A DNA stretch of 64,000 nt from an uncultured Actinomycetes bacterium (GTDB taxonomy: Bacteria > Actinomycetota > Thermoleophilia > RBG-16-64-13): assembly GCA_963841735.1 (NCBI GenBank), contig CAWJDT010000005.1, positions 224,001 through 288,000 on the forward strand. The letters run 5' to 3'. The position numbers and the translations under genes are program-made. Shown here piece by piece: positions 1-10,870 of this stretch. The number at the start of each line of letters is the position of its first letter. The first letter of the stretch is position 1. Under the pieces are notes generated by a model that saw only the letters and a list, made by a program, of their open reading frames with translations, did no database searches and had not been told where the DNA came from.

Positions 1-653
1 CGCTCCGAAGCCCCCTTGGCGCGAGCGCTCTGGACGTAGTCGGCCCTGAAGGTCTCCAGCACGCTGGAGCGCATCTGGCGGGTCACAATGCCTATGCCCC
101 CAAGCGAGGCGGCGATGATGGGTATCACGTAGTTCTTCCAGTTGCCTATGCCGAAGCCCGGCAGCCAGTGCAACTTGACGGCAAACAGCACCACCAGCTC
201 AACGGCCAGCCAATAGCCGGGGACCGCGAACCCAAGCATGGCGATGAACAGACTCAGGCCATCACGAGTCTTGCCTTGGTGGGTGGCGGCCATGACACCC
301 AGCGGAACGCCGACGACGGTGCCTAGGAGCACGCTGATGAATCCGATCAGCATAGTCCGAGGCAGCCTTTCCAGGATCTGCCCGGTCACAGGCAGACTGC
401 GCTGATAGGAGACCCCGAGGTCGAAGTGGAGAAAGGCCCGGTTCAAGAAGTGGCCGAGCCGAACGATGTACGTTTCGTCCAACCCCAGTTGGTGACGCTT
501 GGCCTCCAAGTCCGCTGCTTTTGCGCCGGTGCCCAGGATGAGTGTTGCGGGATCACCAGGCACGAAGTACATGATGGTGAAGATTATGATGGCCGAGAAG
601 AAGACCACGAAGATCATCATCAGCAGCCGTTTCAATATGTATTTCGCCATCAT
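1..653 (-). CDS. ABC transporter permease, DppB/OppB family (runs off window start)
   Basis: Manual translation MMAKYILKRLLMMIFVVFFSAIIIFTIMYFVPGDPA...; close paralog of 8003..8947; no stop within window. Confidence 0.88.
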   Translation of the reverse strand, partial: MMAKYILKRLLMMIFVVFFSAIIIFTIMYFVPGDPATLILGTGAKAADLEAKRHQLGLDETYIVRLGHFLNRAFLHFDLGVSYQRSLPVTGQILERLPRTMLIGFISVLLGTVVGVPLGVMAATHQGKTRDGLSLFIAMLGFAVPGYWLAVELVVLFAVKLHWLPGFGIGNWKNYVIPIIAASLGGIGIVTRQMRSSVLETFRADYVQSARAKGASE

Positions 654-680
654 CTACCTCGTTACTGGCGGGCGACATGG

Positions 681-710
681 GAGTGGCGCGGTCTTGCGAC
701 CGCGCCACTC
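681..710. terminator. Intercistronic stem-loop between SBP and permease genes
   Basis: Perfect 13-bp inverted repeat GAGTGGCGCGGTC-ttgc-GACCGCGCCACTC; equivalent hairpin at 9007-9036. Confidence 0.7.
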
Positions 711-760
711 GCGTTCGCCCGAGGATCTGTTGCTAGGTCCTAGGCCTTCTTGGGTCGGTG

Positions 761-2398
761 CTACTTGGCCTCGTACGAGCAGGCGTTCGGGATGAGCCAC
801 AACTGATCGCTCAGCACGAAGTTGGTGCACCAGCTCGGATACGCGGCATTGATGTAGTTGGCGCTGACGCCGTAGGCGTAAGCGTTGGCGTTGATGTAGT
901 CCTGCGCGGCGTTGACCGTGTCTTGGCTGTGAGTGCTGACGGTCATGGCAGCTTTGACAAGGGTCTGGAGCTGGTCATCGGTGACCATGTTCATAGGCTT
1001 GCCGGTCGGTCCCCACTCGGGAGTGAGGTTCATGAACGTGCTGGCCAGGAAGTCGGTTGAGAAAGTGGGGAATTGCTGCAGGTCCCACTGAGTCGCATCC
1101 CCGGCCACCGGCATGTAGCTGGCGCCGTTGACGGCGGTCAGTTGCGCGTCGATGACGCCGGTCTCGTTGAGGAAGCCCTGGACCAACTCCATGAGGCCCT
1201 TGAAGGTAGGCTGCTCCATGACCAGCATCTTCAACTGCAGCTTGTTGGTCTCGTTGTAGCCGGCTTCAGCAAGCAGGGCTTTGGCCTTGGCAACATCGTA
1301 GTTGAAGTAGTCGGCCGTAGCCCAAGCCTTGTTGTAGTCGGAGTAGTGGTCCGCGCCCATGGCTTTGGACAACGTCGCATCGTCGCCGAACATCCGCTTC
1401 ACTATGGCCGCGCTGTCGATGGCGCAGAAGACGGCCTCGCGCACCTTCGGGTCGCTCATCTTGCTGGTGGGATCGCAGTTCGGGTAGAGCACATGGTTCA
1501 TGGCCTCGCCGAAACTCTTGACCATGGAAGTGCCGGACGCGGTCACTTCGGCCACGTTGTCCAGGGCTATGTTCTGAGCGAAATCGATCTGGCCGCTCTT
1601 AAGAGCTATTGCCATCTGATTGAGGTCCATGATGATGAAGAAGTTGATCGTCTTGACGTTAGCCTGTTCGACCGGAGTCTTGAGGGCCTCGTCGGTCTTC
1701 CAATAGGTGTCGGTCTTCTCGACGGTCAACTGCGAGCCGGAGGTGTACTTGGTGACCTTGTAGGGGGCCGTGGTCACCGGATCGACGATCATGTGGTCTG
1801 CGCTCGCGGTCCAGGCCTTCTCTGTAACGAAGTACAGACCGGTGAGTACGTCGGTCACATTGCTCAGATACATGTCATGAGCAAAGGTGATCTTGACGTT
1901 CAGGTCGTCGATCGCCTCGGCACTCGCGATGCTGCCGGCCTTCTGCTGGGCGGACTCGACGCACTTGGCGATGCCGAAGGCCACGTCCGAAGCCTTGAAG
2001 GGATTACCGGCCTGGTCGACGATGTTGTTGTAAAGGGTCACGGTGATCGTCTTGGAGTCGTCAACCTTGTACGACTCCATGAGGATGCCCTTGAAGGTGC
2101 CGTCGGGCATCAGATAGGCCAGGGGCTGCACCCAGATGGGATGCGTCGTTCCGTTCCTGTGGCCAAGGGTGGTGTAGGGGTCCAGATCGGTCGGGTCGCC
2201 GTCGATACCGACGTTGACAACATCCGGGACGTAAGCCGCGGCCACGGTAGTCGGGGTTTCTCCCCCGGTAGTCGAGGTTTCGCCACCGGTCGTCGGGGTG
2301 ACCGCGGACGAGGTCGTGGTGGTGGTGTCGTTGCCGCACCCGGCTACCATGCCAAGGATCACGGTCAGAACAAGGAGAACGAGAACGATTCTTTTCAT
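761..2398 (-). CDS. ABC substrate-binding lipoprotein, family 5 (OppA/DppA-like)
   Basis: Lipobox VAGC, Thr-rich linker, DPTDLDP, VREAVFCAID and YDVAKAKALLAEAGY motifs. Confidence 0.92.
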   Translation of the reverse strand: MKRIVLVLLVLTVILGMVAGCGNDTTTTTSSAVTPTTGGETSTTGGETPTTVAAAYVPDVVNVGIDGDPTDLDPYTTLGHRNGTTHPIWVQPLAYLMPDGTFKGILMESYKVDDSKTITVTLYNNIVDQAGNPFKASDVAFGIAKCVESAQQKAGSIASAEAIDDLNVKITFAHDMYLSNVTDVLTGLYFVTEKAWTASADHMIVDPVTTAPYKVTKYTSGSQLTVEKTDTYWKTDEALKTPVEQANVKTINFFIIMDLNQMAIALKSGQIDFAQNIALDNVAEVTASGTSMVKSFGEAMNHVLYPNCDPTSKMSDPKVREAVFCAIDSAAIVKRMFGDDATLSKAMGADHYSDYNKAWATADYFNYDVAKAKALLAEAGYNETNKLQLKMLVMEQPTFKGLMELVQGFLNETGVIDAQLTAVNGASYMPVAGDATQWDLQQFPTFSTDFLASTFMNLTPEWGPTGKPMNMVTDDQLQTLVKAAMTVSTHSQDTVNAAQDYINANAYAYGVSANYINAAYPSWCTNFVLSDQLWLIPNACSYEAK

Positions 2399-2438
2399 CT
2401 ATTCAACCCTCCTGCTTGTGGAACATGTGGCACGGTGA

Positions 2439-2502
2439 ACCGTAGCAACCGCCATCTCCCTATGGAAATTCGATTCCGGCATGGATGCTTTCCAGAATGG
2501 AA
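2439..2502 (-). promoter_or_regulatory. Extended -10 (TGnTACGGT) plus LysR-type T-N11-A box
   Basis: TTCCA-gaa-TGGAA at 2490-2502; same motif and identical spacing to the -10 at 10731-10794. Confidence 0.65.
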
Positions 2503-2786
2503 TGGGCCTGTTCAGCGGCACAGCGGCACGGCGGACTGGAGGGCGGTGTCCGATGGACGCGCCGAGTCGGCCGCCGAGCTTGAGATTGCCGGCGCGCCTC
2601 AGCGAGGCGGCTATGCTTGCTGGTCCCCCAAGCGGCCTCCTACGGCCTGCCGACGGACCTAGTGATACCGGGCGCAAGCAAGAGAGACAGTGAAGCGCAA
2701 ACCGAAGGTTGTGAGGCCCGCACCGCGCCCCGCGGCGCCCACGATAGGTGGCGCGCACCGGCGCTCTCCGCCCCGCGGCGCTCCCG

Positions 2787-5171
2787 CTAGGTGGCGCGCA
2801 CAGGCCCCAAGCGCCCGTTCCTGGCATTCCCCCAGGCCCAGATGGTCCCGTCCTTGCCGATGGCGAAATTGTGGTTAAGGCCGGTGGAGATCTCCCTGAT
2901 GTCGGTCAGGCCCAGGACGCGGACCGGCGAGTTGCTCCCATCCAGGTTGCCCGCCCCCAAGGCCCCGCTGCTCATCAGCTTGCTGCAGCCCCAGCTCCAT
3001 ACACTGCCGTCTTCCTTCAAAGCGACCGTGTGGTTCATCCCGGCTGCGATCCCAGCGACACCTTCCAGCCCGTCGATCATCCTGGGATGCACCACCGTCG
3101 TCAAGAAGTCCGAGTTCATGTGGGGATCAGACACATCTATCTCCGGCTGGTAGTCGCCCAGGCCAAGTTCCCCATGGCGGTGCAGCCCCCAACTGCACAC
3201 GGTGCCGTCGTTCTTCAGAACCGCCGTGAAACAGCGTCCTTCCGCGACGCGGCTGACGTCGGCCAGGTGTCCGGTCGAATCGGACCTGTCCAGGGCCTTG
3301 AAGGGCAGCTTTGTGCCCGGACCGTGCATGGCGAGTCCCTTGCCTAGCTGTCCGTATTCCCCGTCACCCCAGCACCGGATGGTGCCGTCGGCCTTCAATG
3401 CGACTACAGTCCGCACGCCGGCTTCGACATGGACGACATCCGAAAGAAATCCTCCAGCGTCATCGGGGTCCATTACCCGGGCGGGCGCATGGTTTCTCGC
3501 AAAGGTCCCGTTCCCGAGCTGTCCGTTGACGTTGGCGCCCCAGGCACATACGGTGCCGTTCCGCATCAGGGCGACGGCATAGCTGTCTCCGGCCTCGATC
3601 TGGGCTGCCTCGGACAGACCATCGATCCGGACCGGCGCCGTATAGCGCTTCGTTGTGTCGGCATCCCCCAGTTGGCCGCTACTGTTGCTGCCCCAACCGT
3701 AGACGCTCCCATCGGCCGCCAGGGCGAGACTGAAGTTGTTCCCCGCCGCGACCTGGACGATGTCTTGCAGGCCCTCCACCAGCACGGGAGTCTCCTGGCC
3801 GGAGAATGCGCCGCACTTGCCGTTGCCCACCTGGCCGGTGCAGTTGAAGCCCCAAGCAAACACGCGCCCGTCCTCGAGAAGGGCCACGTTGTGCCGGTTG
3901 CCGGCGGCGATCTGTTTGACCTCTGACCCGCCGAACCCTAGGTCGACCATGACAGGCACATATTCGGCAGGCACCGTATAGCCGTAGGACTCGAGTGAAG
4001 GGGTCGGATTCGCGTTGGAGAACAGCCAGTCCCGAACGGTCTCGTTGGTAACGGCAGGCCGCCATCCGAACTGATGCACCCAATCGCCCGAGACACTGCC
4101 TTCCCTGTAGAGGGTGTGCAGAATATGCCCGCCTCCTGCCAGTTGCTGCTTCGCCATTTGAACGGCGGCCGGCCCACGGAGAGATCCGTCCCACACCGCG
4201 CGATTGACGAAAGCGCCGACACTCTCCAGCGTCTCCAAATTGTCCACGTTGCCGGGCCCGGCCTTGTCGTCGTCCTCCCCGTGGAAGACCCAGAGGTTGC
4301 TGTCTTTCAGCACCTCGAGCTCCTCGTAGTTGCTCTGCCCCGCCAAGATGAGGGTGGCGGCGAACAACCCGCAGTACCGCTTACTGACTTCCCAGGCCGC
4401 CATTCCGCCCATGGAGAAACCCGTGCAATACACCCGGGTAAGATCCACGCTGCACTTGTCGAGGAGAGAGACCATCAGCCCACAAAAGGCATCGAGCACG
4501 CCGGTCGTCTCGTACGTGTCCGGATCGATCCAGTCGCCCTCGCTTGGACATTGCGGCACGAGGACAAAGCAGGGGTGTTTCTTCTGCTCTTCCTCCGTGG
4601 CCCAGATCACGGCGTTCATCGTGCTGAGCAGGCTCTTGAGGTTGTTGTCACCCTTTTCGCCGCCACCATGCCAGTAGACCACCAACGGGTACTTCTCGCC
4701 GGGTTTGCAGTCTTTGGGAACAAAGAGCGCGTAGGAGAGGGCGGAGCCGTTGCTCGGGTCACGATAGAGGCCCGGCGTGAACCGGTCGAACTCAACATCG
4801 GCGCCGTTCTGGACCTCGACGTTCTCCGTCCAGGGCGCGCAGATGTTCCCATCCGTATAGACGACGTCCTTGAGCTGGCTGACCTGGTACGGGATCTTGC
4901 GTCTCTCCTTCACCACCCACTCAAGGGGAAGGGTTCCCGCCGAGGCGTCCGCGGGATCCATCTCCACCACCACATAGCGGCCGTCGCACCCGATCCCATC
5001 GCCAGCCTGAGCCGCGTGGTCATTTGCATACACCTTCAGAATGATCCTGCTGCTGACGGAGAAGCCATCGATGTCGAGCGTCGCGTTGAGTACCGGCTTG
5101 GGGTACTCCAACACAAGAGCGACATTACGTTCGCCGTCTTCCGTCACGCTGTGTATCGCAAGGATGTTCAT
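2787..5171 (-). CDS. Alpha/beta-hydrolase esterase (N-terminal Ig-like domain) fused to RCC1/BLIP-II beta-propeller
   Basis: YPLVVYWHGGGE, GFSMGG nucleophile elbow, WVFHGEDD; repeated WGxNxxGQLG units; ATG at 5171 overlaps upstream stop (ATGA). Confidence 0.8.
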   Translation of the reverse strand: MNILAIHSVTEDGERNVALVLEYPKPVLNATLDIDGFSVSSRIILKVYANDHAAQAGDGIGCDGRYVVVEMDPADASAGTLPLEWVVKERRKIPYQVSQLKDVVYTDGNICAPWTENVEVQNGADVEFDRFTPGLYRDPSNGSALSYALFVPKDCKPGEKYPLVVYWHGGGEKGDNNLKSLLSTMNAVIWATEEEQKKHPCFVLVPQCPSEGDWIDPDTYETTGVLDAFCGLMVSLLDKCSVDLTRVYCTGFSMGGMAAWEVSKRYCGLFAATLILAGQSNYEELEVLKDSNLWVFHGEDDDKAGPGNVDNLETLESVGAFVNRAVWDGSLRGPAAVQMAKQQLAGGGHILHTLYREGSVSGDWVHQFGWRPAVTNETVRDWLFSNANPTPSLESYGYTVPAEYVPVMVDLGFGGSEVKQIAAGNRHNVALLEDGRVFAWGFNCTGQVGNGKCGAFSGQETPVLVEGLQDIVQVAAGNNFSLALAADGSVYGWGSNSSGQLGDADTTKRYTAPVRIDGLSEAAQIEAGDSYAVALMRNGTVCAWGANVNGQLGNGTFARNHAPARVMDPDDAGGFLSDVVHVEAGVRTVVALKADGTIRCWGDGEYGQLGKGLAMHGPGTKLPFKALDRSDSTGHLADVSRVAEGRCFTAVLKNDGTVCSWGLHRHGELGLGDYQPEIDVSDPHMNSDFLTTVVHPRMIDGLEGVAGIAAGMNHTVALKEDGSVWSWGCSKLMSSGALGAGNLDGSNSPVRVLGLTDIREISTGLNHNFAIGKDGTIWAWGNARNGRLGPVRAT

Positions 5172-6145
5172 GATCCGCACCCCACCGACGCAACCGCATT
5201 TATCTCCCTCGCCCTGCAGCACAACGCGAAATGCTGGGGCTCTATCTCCTCCAGCGCTTGGGGACTTTGGCACCTCTCCTCCACGTACGGGCATCTGGCC
5301 GCAAACCGGCAACCCGGCTTGGGATTGATGGGCGACGTGAGCTCGCCCGTCAGCTCCACCCGCTTCATGGGATGGTCGATGTCAATGGACGGGATCGCCG
5401 AGAGCAGAGCCTTTGTATACGGATGCAACGGCTTGTTGAACAGCTCCTTGGAGGGGCTGGTCTCAACCATCTGGCCCAAATACATAACGCAGATGTTGTC
5501 GGAGATATGGCGGACCACCGATAGGTCGTGCGTCACGAACATGTACGTCAGTCCAAACTCGTCCTGCAGATCCATAAGCAGGTTCAGGATCTGCGCCTGA
5601 ATGGAGACATCCAGGGACGACACGGGTTCGTCGCAGACCACAAACGCGGGATTGAGAGCGATAGCGCGGGCGACGCCAACCCTCTGCCGTCTCCCCCCAT
5701 CCAGCTCATGGGGGTACGAGTTGCGCAGACGTTGGTCGATGCCGACCAAGTCCATCAGCCTCGTTACCTCCTTCTCGAGCTCCGCCCTCTTGAAGCGTCC
5801 CGAAAGCTTGAGAGGCTGCTGAATGATCTCCCCGATGCTTCGCCTGGGATTCAGTGAGGAATAGGGGTCCTGGAAGATGATCTGCATGTTGGTACGAAGC
5901 CGGTGCAGCTCCTTGCCCTCCACGTGCGTGACATCTTCACCGTCGAAGAGTATCTGACCGCCCGTGGGCTGCTGCAGATGGATGATCGTGCGTCCGAGCG
6001 TGGACTTGCCGCAGCCCGATTCACCGACTACACCCATCGTCCTGCCCTTCTCAACAGAGAACGTGACGTCATCGACGGCATGCAGCAGGCCGTGCGCCAC
6101 CTTGAAGTACTTCTTTAGATTTCGGACTTCGACGCTGGCCGTCAT
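5168..6145 (-). CDS. Oligopeptide ABC ATPase (DppF/OppF-like)
   Basis: [30 protein letters not shown]. Confidence 0.95.
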   Translation of the reverse strand: MTASVEVRNLKKYFKVAHGLLHAVDDVTFSVEKGRTMGVVGESGCGKSTLGRTIIHLQQPTGGQILFDGEDVTHVEGKELHRLRTNMQIIFQDPYSSLNPRRSIGEIIQQPLKLSGRFKRAELEKEVTRLMDLVGIDQRLRNSYPHELDGGRRQRVGVARAIALNPAFVVCDEPVSSLDVSIQAQILNLLMDLQDEFGLTYMFVTHDLSVVRHISDNICVMYLGQMVETSPSKELFNKPLHPYTKALLSAIPSIDIDHPMKRVELTGELTSPINPKPGCRFAARCPYVEERCQSPQALEEIEPQHFALCCRAREINAVASVGCGS

Positions 6146-7125
6146 GCTTCTGGACTCCTAACGTTGCAGCAGCGACAGAAATGCCCCGGGCCGATCTCCG
6201 TCAACGGGACGCTCTCGCTTCCGCAAGAGTCCGTCGCGAGGGGACAACGGGGATGAAACCGGCAGCCCTCCGGCAGATTGGATGGATCGGGCGGAAGTCC
6301 CAAGATCGGATGGAGCCTGTCCGAGTCGTCCCGCAGGTTGGGCAGCGACCCGAAAAGTCCAACGGTATACGGGTGCGACGCATGCTTGAAGATGTCCCTC
6401 TTGCTGCCCTTTTCGATGATCTCGCCCGCATAGACGACCGCCACGTCGTCACAGACCTCCGCGACCACGCCCAGATCGTGTGTGATCATGATCATGGCTG
6501 TGTTGAGGCGGTTTCGAAGGTCGCGGATCGTCTCCAGCACCTGAGCCTGGATGGTCACATCCAGCGCAGTGGTAGGTTCGTCCGCAATCAGGAGCTCCGG
6601 ATTGCAGGCCAGCGCCTCGGCGATGACGACGCGCTGCTTCATACCACCGGAAAACTCATGAGGAAACTGCTTGAAGCGCTCCGCGGGAATGCCGACCATC
6701 TCCAGCATCTCGACGGCGCGTTCTGTCGCATCGACCGCGCCTATCTTGTTGTGGAGTCGGACGGCTTCCGCTATCTGGGCACCGACCGTCATCAGCGGGT
6801 TGAGAGCCGTCATGGGGTCCTGAAAGATCATGGAGACCTTTTCGCCCCGGATCTTGCGCATGGCCTTCTCGCGTACCTTCAAGAGGTTCTCGCCGTCCAG
6901 CACGACTTCTCCCCCTGTCACCCGGGCCGAGAACTCGGGCAGGACCCGCATGATCGTCTTTGCGATCGTTGTCTTTCCGGCTCCCGTTTCGCCGACCAGG
7001 CCCAGAGTTCTCCCTCTCGAGAGGTCGAGGGACACCCCGTTGACCGCATGGATGGTGACCTTCCCCGACCGGTATTCCACAACCAGGTCTCTTACCGACA
7101 GGAATACGTCGTTGCCGATACTCAC
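6142..7125 (-). CDS. Oligopeptide ABC ATPase (DppD/OppD-like)
   Basis: [33 protein letters not shown]. Confidence 0.95.
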   Translation of the reverse strand: MSIGNDVFLSVRDLVVEYRSGKVTIHAVNGVSLDLSRGRTLGLVGETGAGKTTIAKTIMRVLPEFSARVTGGEVVLDGENLLKVREKAMRKIRGEKVSMIFQDPMTALNPLMTVGAQIAEAVRLHNKIGAVDATERAVEMLEMVGIPAERFKQFPHEFSGGMKQRVVIAEALACNPELLIADEPTTALDVTIQAQVLETIRDLRNRLNTAMIMITHDLGVVAEVCDDVAVVYAGEIIEKGSKRDIFKHASHPYTVGLFGSLPNLRDDSDRLHPILGLPPDPSNLPEGCRFHPRCPLATDSCGSESVPLTEIGPGHFCRCCNVRSPEA

Positions 7126-7141
7126 GAACGAGTCCCCCTTT

Positions 7142-7999
7142 TCACTTCTTCATCTTGGGGTCAAGAGCATCACGCAGACCATCCCCGAAGAGGTTGACCG
7201 CAAGCACAGTGATCACGATGGCGAGCCCCGGGAACAGGGCGATATGCGGATAGTTGCGGATAAAGTTCCGACCCGCGGTGAGCATGGCGCCCCATTCCGG
7301 CGTCGGAGGCTGCACGCCCAGGCCGATGAAGCTGAGGGCCGAAGCCACCATGATCGTGCCGCCGACGGCCAACGAGGTGTGTACTATCAAAGGAGACAAG
7401 GTGTTCGGGAGGACCTCCATGAACATGATGCGCATCTTGCTGCAGTTGATCGACTCGGCCGCCTCCAGATACTCCTTGCTGCGTTCGGACAGAATCTGCC
7501 CGCGCGTGATCCGGATGGCCACCGGAACGCCTCCCACCGTGAGGGCTATGACCGTGTTGACAAACCCGCTGCCCAGAACCGTCGCGATGAGGATGGCGAT
7601 CAGGATGCCGGGGATGGCCTGCAGCACATCGGTAGCGCGCATGATGATGCTGTCCGTCCGTTTGCCAAAGTATCCGGCGTAAACGCCGAACACCACCCCA
7701 ACGATGACGCTGAGTAGGGCACCGGCGATGCCGAGGCTGAGAGAATACCGGCCGCCGTACAGCACCCGGGTGAAGATGTCCCGACCCATATCGTCCGTGC
7801 CAAACAAATGGTGCCATGAAGGCCCTTGGTTGGAGTTCACGAGGTCCATCATTTCAAGCCCCTCGGGCGCGATCACAGGAGCCAGAAGACAGAGAACAGT
7901 GATGACAAACAGAGTGACGAAACCGACTATGGCGAGTCTGCTATGGCATAGCCTGATCAGCGTCAGTACGTAAAGGCTCTGCTTTCTATTCCTAGCCAT
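7142..7999 (-). CDS. ABC permease (DppC/OppC-like)
   Basis: HLFGTDDMGRD, EAA loop, LSFIGLGVQPPTPEWG, GDGLRDALDP. Confidence 0.95.
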   Translation of the reverse strand: MARNRKQSLYVLTLIRLCHSRLAIVGFVTLFVITVLCLLAPVIAPEGLEMMDLVNSNQGPSWHHLFGTDDMGRDIFTRVLYGGRYSLSLGIAGALLSVIVGVVFGVYAGYFGKRTDSIIMRATDVLQAIPGILIAILIATVLGSGFVNTVIALTVGGVPVAIRITRGQILSERSKEYLEAAESINCSKMRIMFMEVLPNTLSPLIVHTSLAVGGTIMVASALSFIGLGVQPPTPEWGAMLTAGRNFIRNYPHIALFPGLAIVITVLAVNLFGDGLRDALDPKMKK

Positions 8000-8002
8000 C
8001 GG

Positions 8003-8947
8003 TCAACCCCTCGCTGTTCCCTTGTACTCAGCCTTGATGCGTGGGTCGACGAACGCATAGGCCAAATCGACCAGCAACATGACGAAACTCGTCATGAACG
8101 ACAAGAAGATGACAGTGCCCATGATGATTGGATAGTCGCGGTTCATGATGCCTTGCATGAGCAAGAGCCCGATGCCGGGAATGGTGAACACCGTCTCGAT
8201 GATGATGGAACCGGCGACGACGCCTCCGAAGCCATAGCCCACGACGGTTATGACTGGAATGAGGGCGTTCGGTAGCATGTGCCGAAAGATCACGCGTCGT
8301 TCAGATGCCCCCTTGGCTCGGGAGCTCAGCACGAAATCGGCGCGCATGGTCTCCAACATGCTGGACCGCGTCATGCGGGTCGCAATGCCCATGCCCCCCA
8401 AGGATGCGGCAATGATAGGCAGCACGTAGTTCTTCCAGCCACCGATGCCGAAACCCGGGAACCAGTGCAGCTTCAGGGCGAACAGGACGACCAACATCAG
8501 CGCCAGCCAGAATCCTGGAATCGCGCCACCGATCATCGCAAGCACGAGGCTGATCTGGTCCTGGATCTTCCCCTGGTGGATGGCGGCCCAGATGCCCAGC
8601 GCCACACCAACTACCGCTCCCACGATCGTGCTGACTACGCCGATCAGCATCGTCCTCGGAAGTCTTTCCCAGATCTCACTCATGACAGGCCGGCCCCGCT
8701 GGTAGCCATCGCCCAGGTCGAAATGCAGAAACACGTCCTTCAGAAAGGTCCCCAACCGCAAAAAGTACGAGTGGTCCAGCCCCAGCTCGACGCGCTTCGC
8801 TGCCAACTGCGCAGGCGACGCGCCAGGTCCCAAGACCAGCACAGCCGGGTCGCCGGGCACGAAGTACATGATGCTGAAGATTATTATGGCGGCGAAGAAG
8901 ACCACCAGGATCATCATCAGGCATCGCTTCAGGATGTACAGAGACAC
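8003..8947 (-). CDS. ABC permease (DppB/OppB-like)
   Basis: VPGDPA, RAKGA, ETVFTIPGIG, RDYP, DPRIK. Confidence 0.95.
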   Translation of the reverse strand: MSLYILKRCLMMILVVFFAAIIIFSIMYFVPGDPAVLVLGPGASPAQLAAKRVELGLDHSYFLRLGTFLKDVFLHFDLGDGYQRGRPVMSEIWERLPRTMLIGVVSTIVGAVVGVALGIWAAIHQGKIQDQISLVLAMIGGAIPGFWLALMLVVLFALKLHWFPGFGIGGWKNYVLPIIAASLGGMGIATRMTRSSMLETMRADFVLSSRAKGASERRVIFRHMLPNALIPVITVVGYGFGGVVAGSIIIETVFTIPGIGLLLMQGIMNRDYPIIMGTVIFLSFMTSFVMLLVDLAYAFVDPRIKAEYKGTARG

Positions 8948-9006
8948 CTTCTACCTCACTGTTCGCACGTTGGTCCGCATACCGATGCGATGGGTTCTGG
9001 CTACAT

Positions 9007-9036
9007 CAGTGGCGCCGCCTTTCGGCGGCGCCACTG
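9007..9036. terminator. Intercistronic stem-loop downstream of SBP gene
   Basis: Perfect 13-bp inverted repeat CAGTGGCGCCGCC-tttc-GGCGGCGCCACTG. Confidence 0.7.
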
Positions 9037-9062
9037 CTTTCCTCGATTCGGGCTGGACTAGC

Positions 9063-10691
9063 TCAGTGCTGCGTGTACGTGCAGCCACCGGGGATGATCC
9101 ACATGTGGTCGCTCAGTACGAAGTCGCTGATCCAACTAGGATAGACGATGTTGATGTAGTTGCCGCCAATTCCGTAGGCGTAGGCCTTGGAGTTGATATA
9201 GGCCTGGCCCGCCTCAACTGTCTCGGCGCTGTGCGTCGCCATGGAGCGGCCCGCGGCGATGACTGCCTGCAACTCAGGGTCCTGGATGAAGTTGATCGGA
9301 CCGGTCGGGCTGTAGGTATCGGCGAGGTTGCTCCAGGCGCTAACAACGTAGTCGCTGGAGAACGTGGGCATATGCTGGAGGTCCCACTTGGCCGGATCCG
9401 TAGCGTCCGCGAAGTAGCTTCCACCGTTTTCCGCAAGCAGCTGGGCCTCGATGCCGATGGCGGTCAGGTAGCCCTGGACGATTTCCATGATCGCCTTGAA
9501 TGTGGGCTGCTCGATGACCAGGAGTTTCAGCGTAAGCGGGTTGTCCTCGGTATAGCCGGCCTCAGCGAGAAGCGCCTTCGCCTTTTCGGGATTGTAGTTC
9601 CAGTAGTCCGCATCCGCCCAGGCGGGGTTGTAGTCGGGAGAGCTGACGTTACCGATGCACTTAGAAAGGACGGCCTCAGGGCCAAACATCTTCAGAACGA
9701 GCGCCTTCGCGTCGATCGCATAGAAGATGGCCTCTCTGACGCGCTGATCGCTGCACGGGCTGGTGGGATCACAGTTGGGGTTAAGCACATGGATCAAGAA
9801 TTCGGGGAAGGTGTACACGGTGTACTTCGACGCGTCGGTGAAGTAGTCGGTGTCGGCCAAGCCGATATTCTGGCAGATGTCGATCTGACCGGTCTGGAGA
9901 GCCATTGTCATCTGGCTGGCTTCCAGGATGACAAGGTAGTTGATCGTCTGGACGTTCGCCTTCTCAACCGGGGTCAGCAGGCTTGCATCGGTCTTCCAGT
10001 ACCCGTCCCATTTCTCAAGGGTAAGTGAGGAACCGGCAACATACTTCGCCACCTTGTATGGCGCAGTGGTCACAGGACTGGTCTTCATGCCCTCGGGGTT
10101 GGCCTCCCAGGCGACCTGGGTAACAAGACCGAGGTTCGTGAACACGTCGGTCAGGTCGTTTGTGAAGAGGTCATGGGTGAAATGGATGGTGAAGGTAAGG
10201 TCGCCGGTCTGCTCGACACTCTTGATGCTGGCCGCATACCGATTCTTGCTTTCGACATGTTTGTTCAGGCCCCAGACGGCATCCGTCGCGGTGAAGGCGT
10301 TGCCGGCCTGGTCCTTGATGTTGTCGTACAGGGTGACGTTGACAGTCTGCAGATCAGCCTGCTCATACGACTTCATCAAGATACCGCTGAAACTGCCGTC
10401 CTTGTTCAAATAGCCCAACACCTGTACGAACTGCGGATTCACAGTGTTGTTCTTCATTCCCAGCGAGGTGTATGGATCCAGGTCCATCGGGTCGCCGTCG
10501 ATGCCGACATTAACCACATCCTGGATGTAGGCGGCCGCTACGGTCGTTGGGGTTTCGGATCCGGTGGTCGGGGTTTCGGATCCGGTGGTCGGGGTTCCTC
10601 CCACGGTGGTTGTCGTGGCACCGTCGCCGCACCCTGCAACCATGCCAAGGATCACGGCCAGAACGACAAGAACAAGAACGTTTCTCTTCAT
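9063..10691 (-). CDS. ABC substrate-binding lipoprotein, family 5
   Basis: Paralog of 761..2398; lipobox VAGC; YNPEKAKALLAEAGY. Confidence 0.92.
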   Translation of the reverse strand: MKRNVLVLVVLAVILGMVAGCGDGATTTTVGGTPTTGSETPTTGSETPTTVAAAYIQDVVNVGIDGDPMDLDPYTSLGMKNNTVNPQFVQVLGYLNKDGSFSGILMKSYEQADLQTVNVTLYDNIKDQAGNAFTATDAVWGLNKHVESKNRYAASIKSVEQTGDLTFTIHFTHDLFTNDLTDVFTNLGLVTQVAWEANPEGMKTSPVTTAPYKVAKYVAGSSLTLEKWDGYWKTDASLLTPVEKANVQTINYLVILEASQMTMALQTGQIDICQNIGLADTDYFTDASKYTVYTFPEFLIHVLNPNCDPTSPCSDQRVREAIFYAIDAKALVLKMFGPEAVLSKCIGNVSSPDYNPAWADADYWNYNPEKAKALLAEAGYTEDNPLTLKLLVIEQPTFKAIMEIVQGYLTAIGIEAQLLAENGGSYFADATDPAKWDLQHMPTFSSDYVVSAWSNLADTYSPTGPINFIQDPELQAVIAAGRSMATHSAETVEAGQAYINSKAYAYGIGGNYINIVYPSWISDFVLSDHMWIIPGGCTYTQH

Positions 10692-10730
10692 ACTATCGAC
10701 CCTCCTGTTTGGAAACTTGTAGCATCATGA

Positions 10731-10794
10731 ACCGTACCAACCGGCTTCTTCATATGCGAGTTCAAATGTGGCACCAATAGTTTCCATAGTGGAA
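10731..10794 (-). promoter_or_regulatory. Extended -10 plus LysR-type T-N11-A box
   Basis: TTCCA-tag-TGGAA at 10782-10794; TGnTACGGT -10 at 10731-10736. Confidence 0.65.
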
Positions 10795-10870
10795 CCAGTG
10801 TCATCGACGGCGCAAAAAAGGACGACAGTCAACCGGTCATCCTCCGAGGTCCGGCACAGAAGTCAGTCGA

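Noticed and set aside
10549-10596. 21-bp tandem repeat
   Set aside because: Encodes the ordinary PTTGSET linker of the lipoprotein
1073-10730. Long plus-strand ORFs (e.g. 1073..2662, 4074..5600, 8868..10028)
   Set aside because: Antisense shadows of well-supported genes in high-GC DNA
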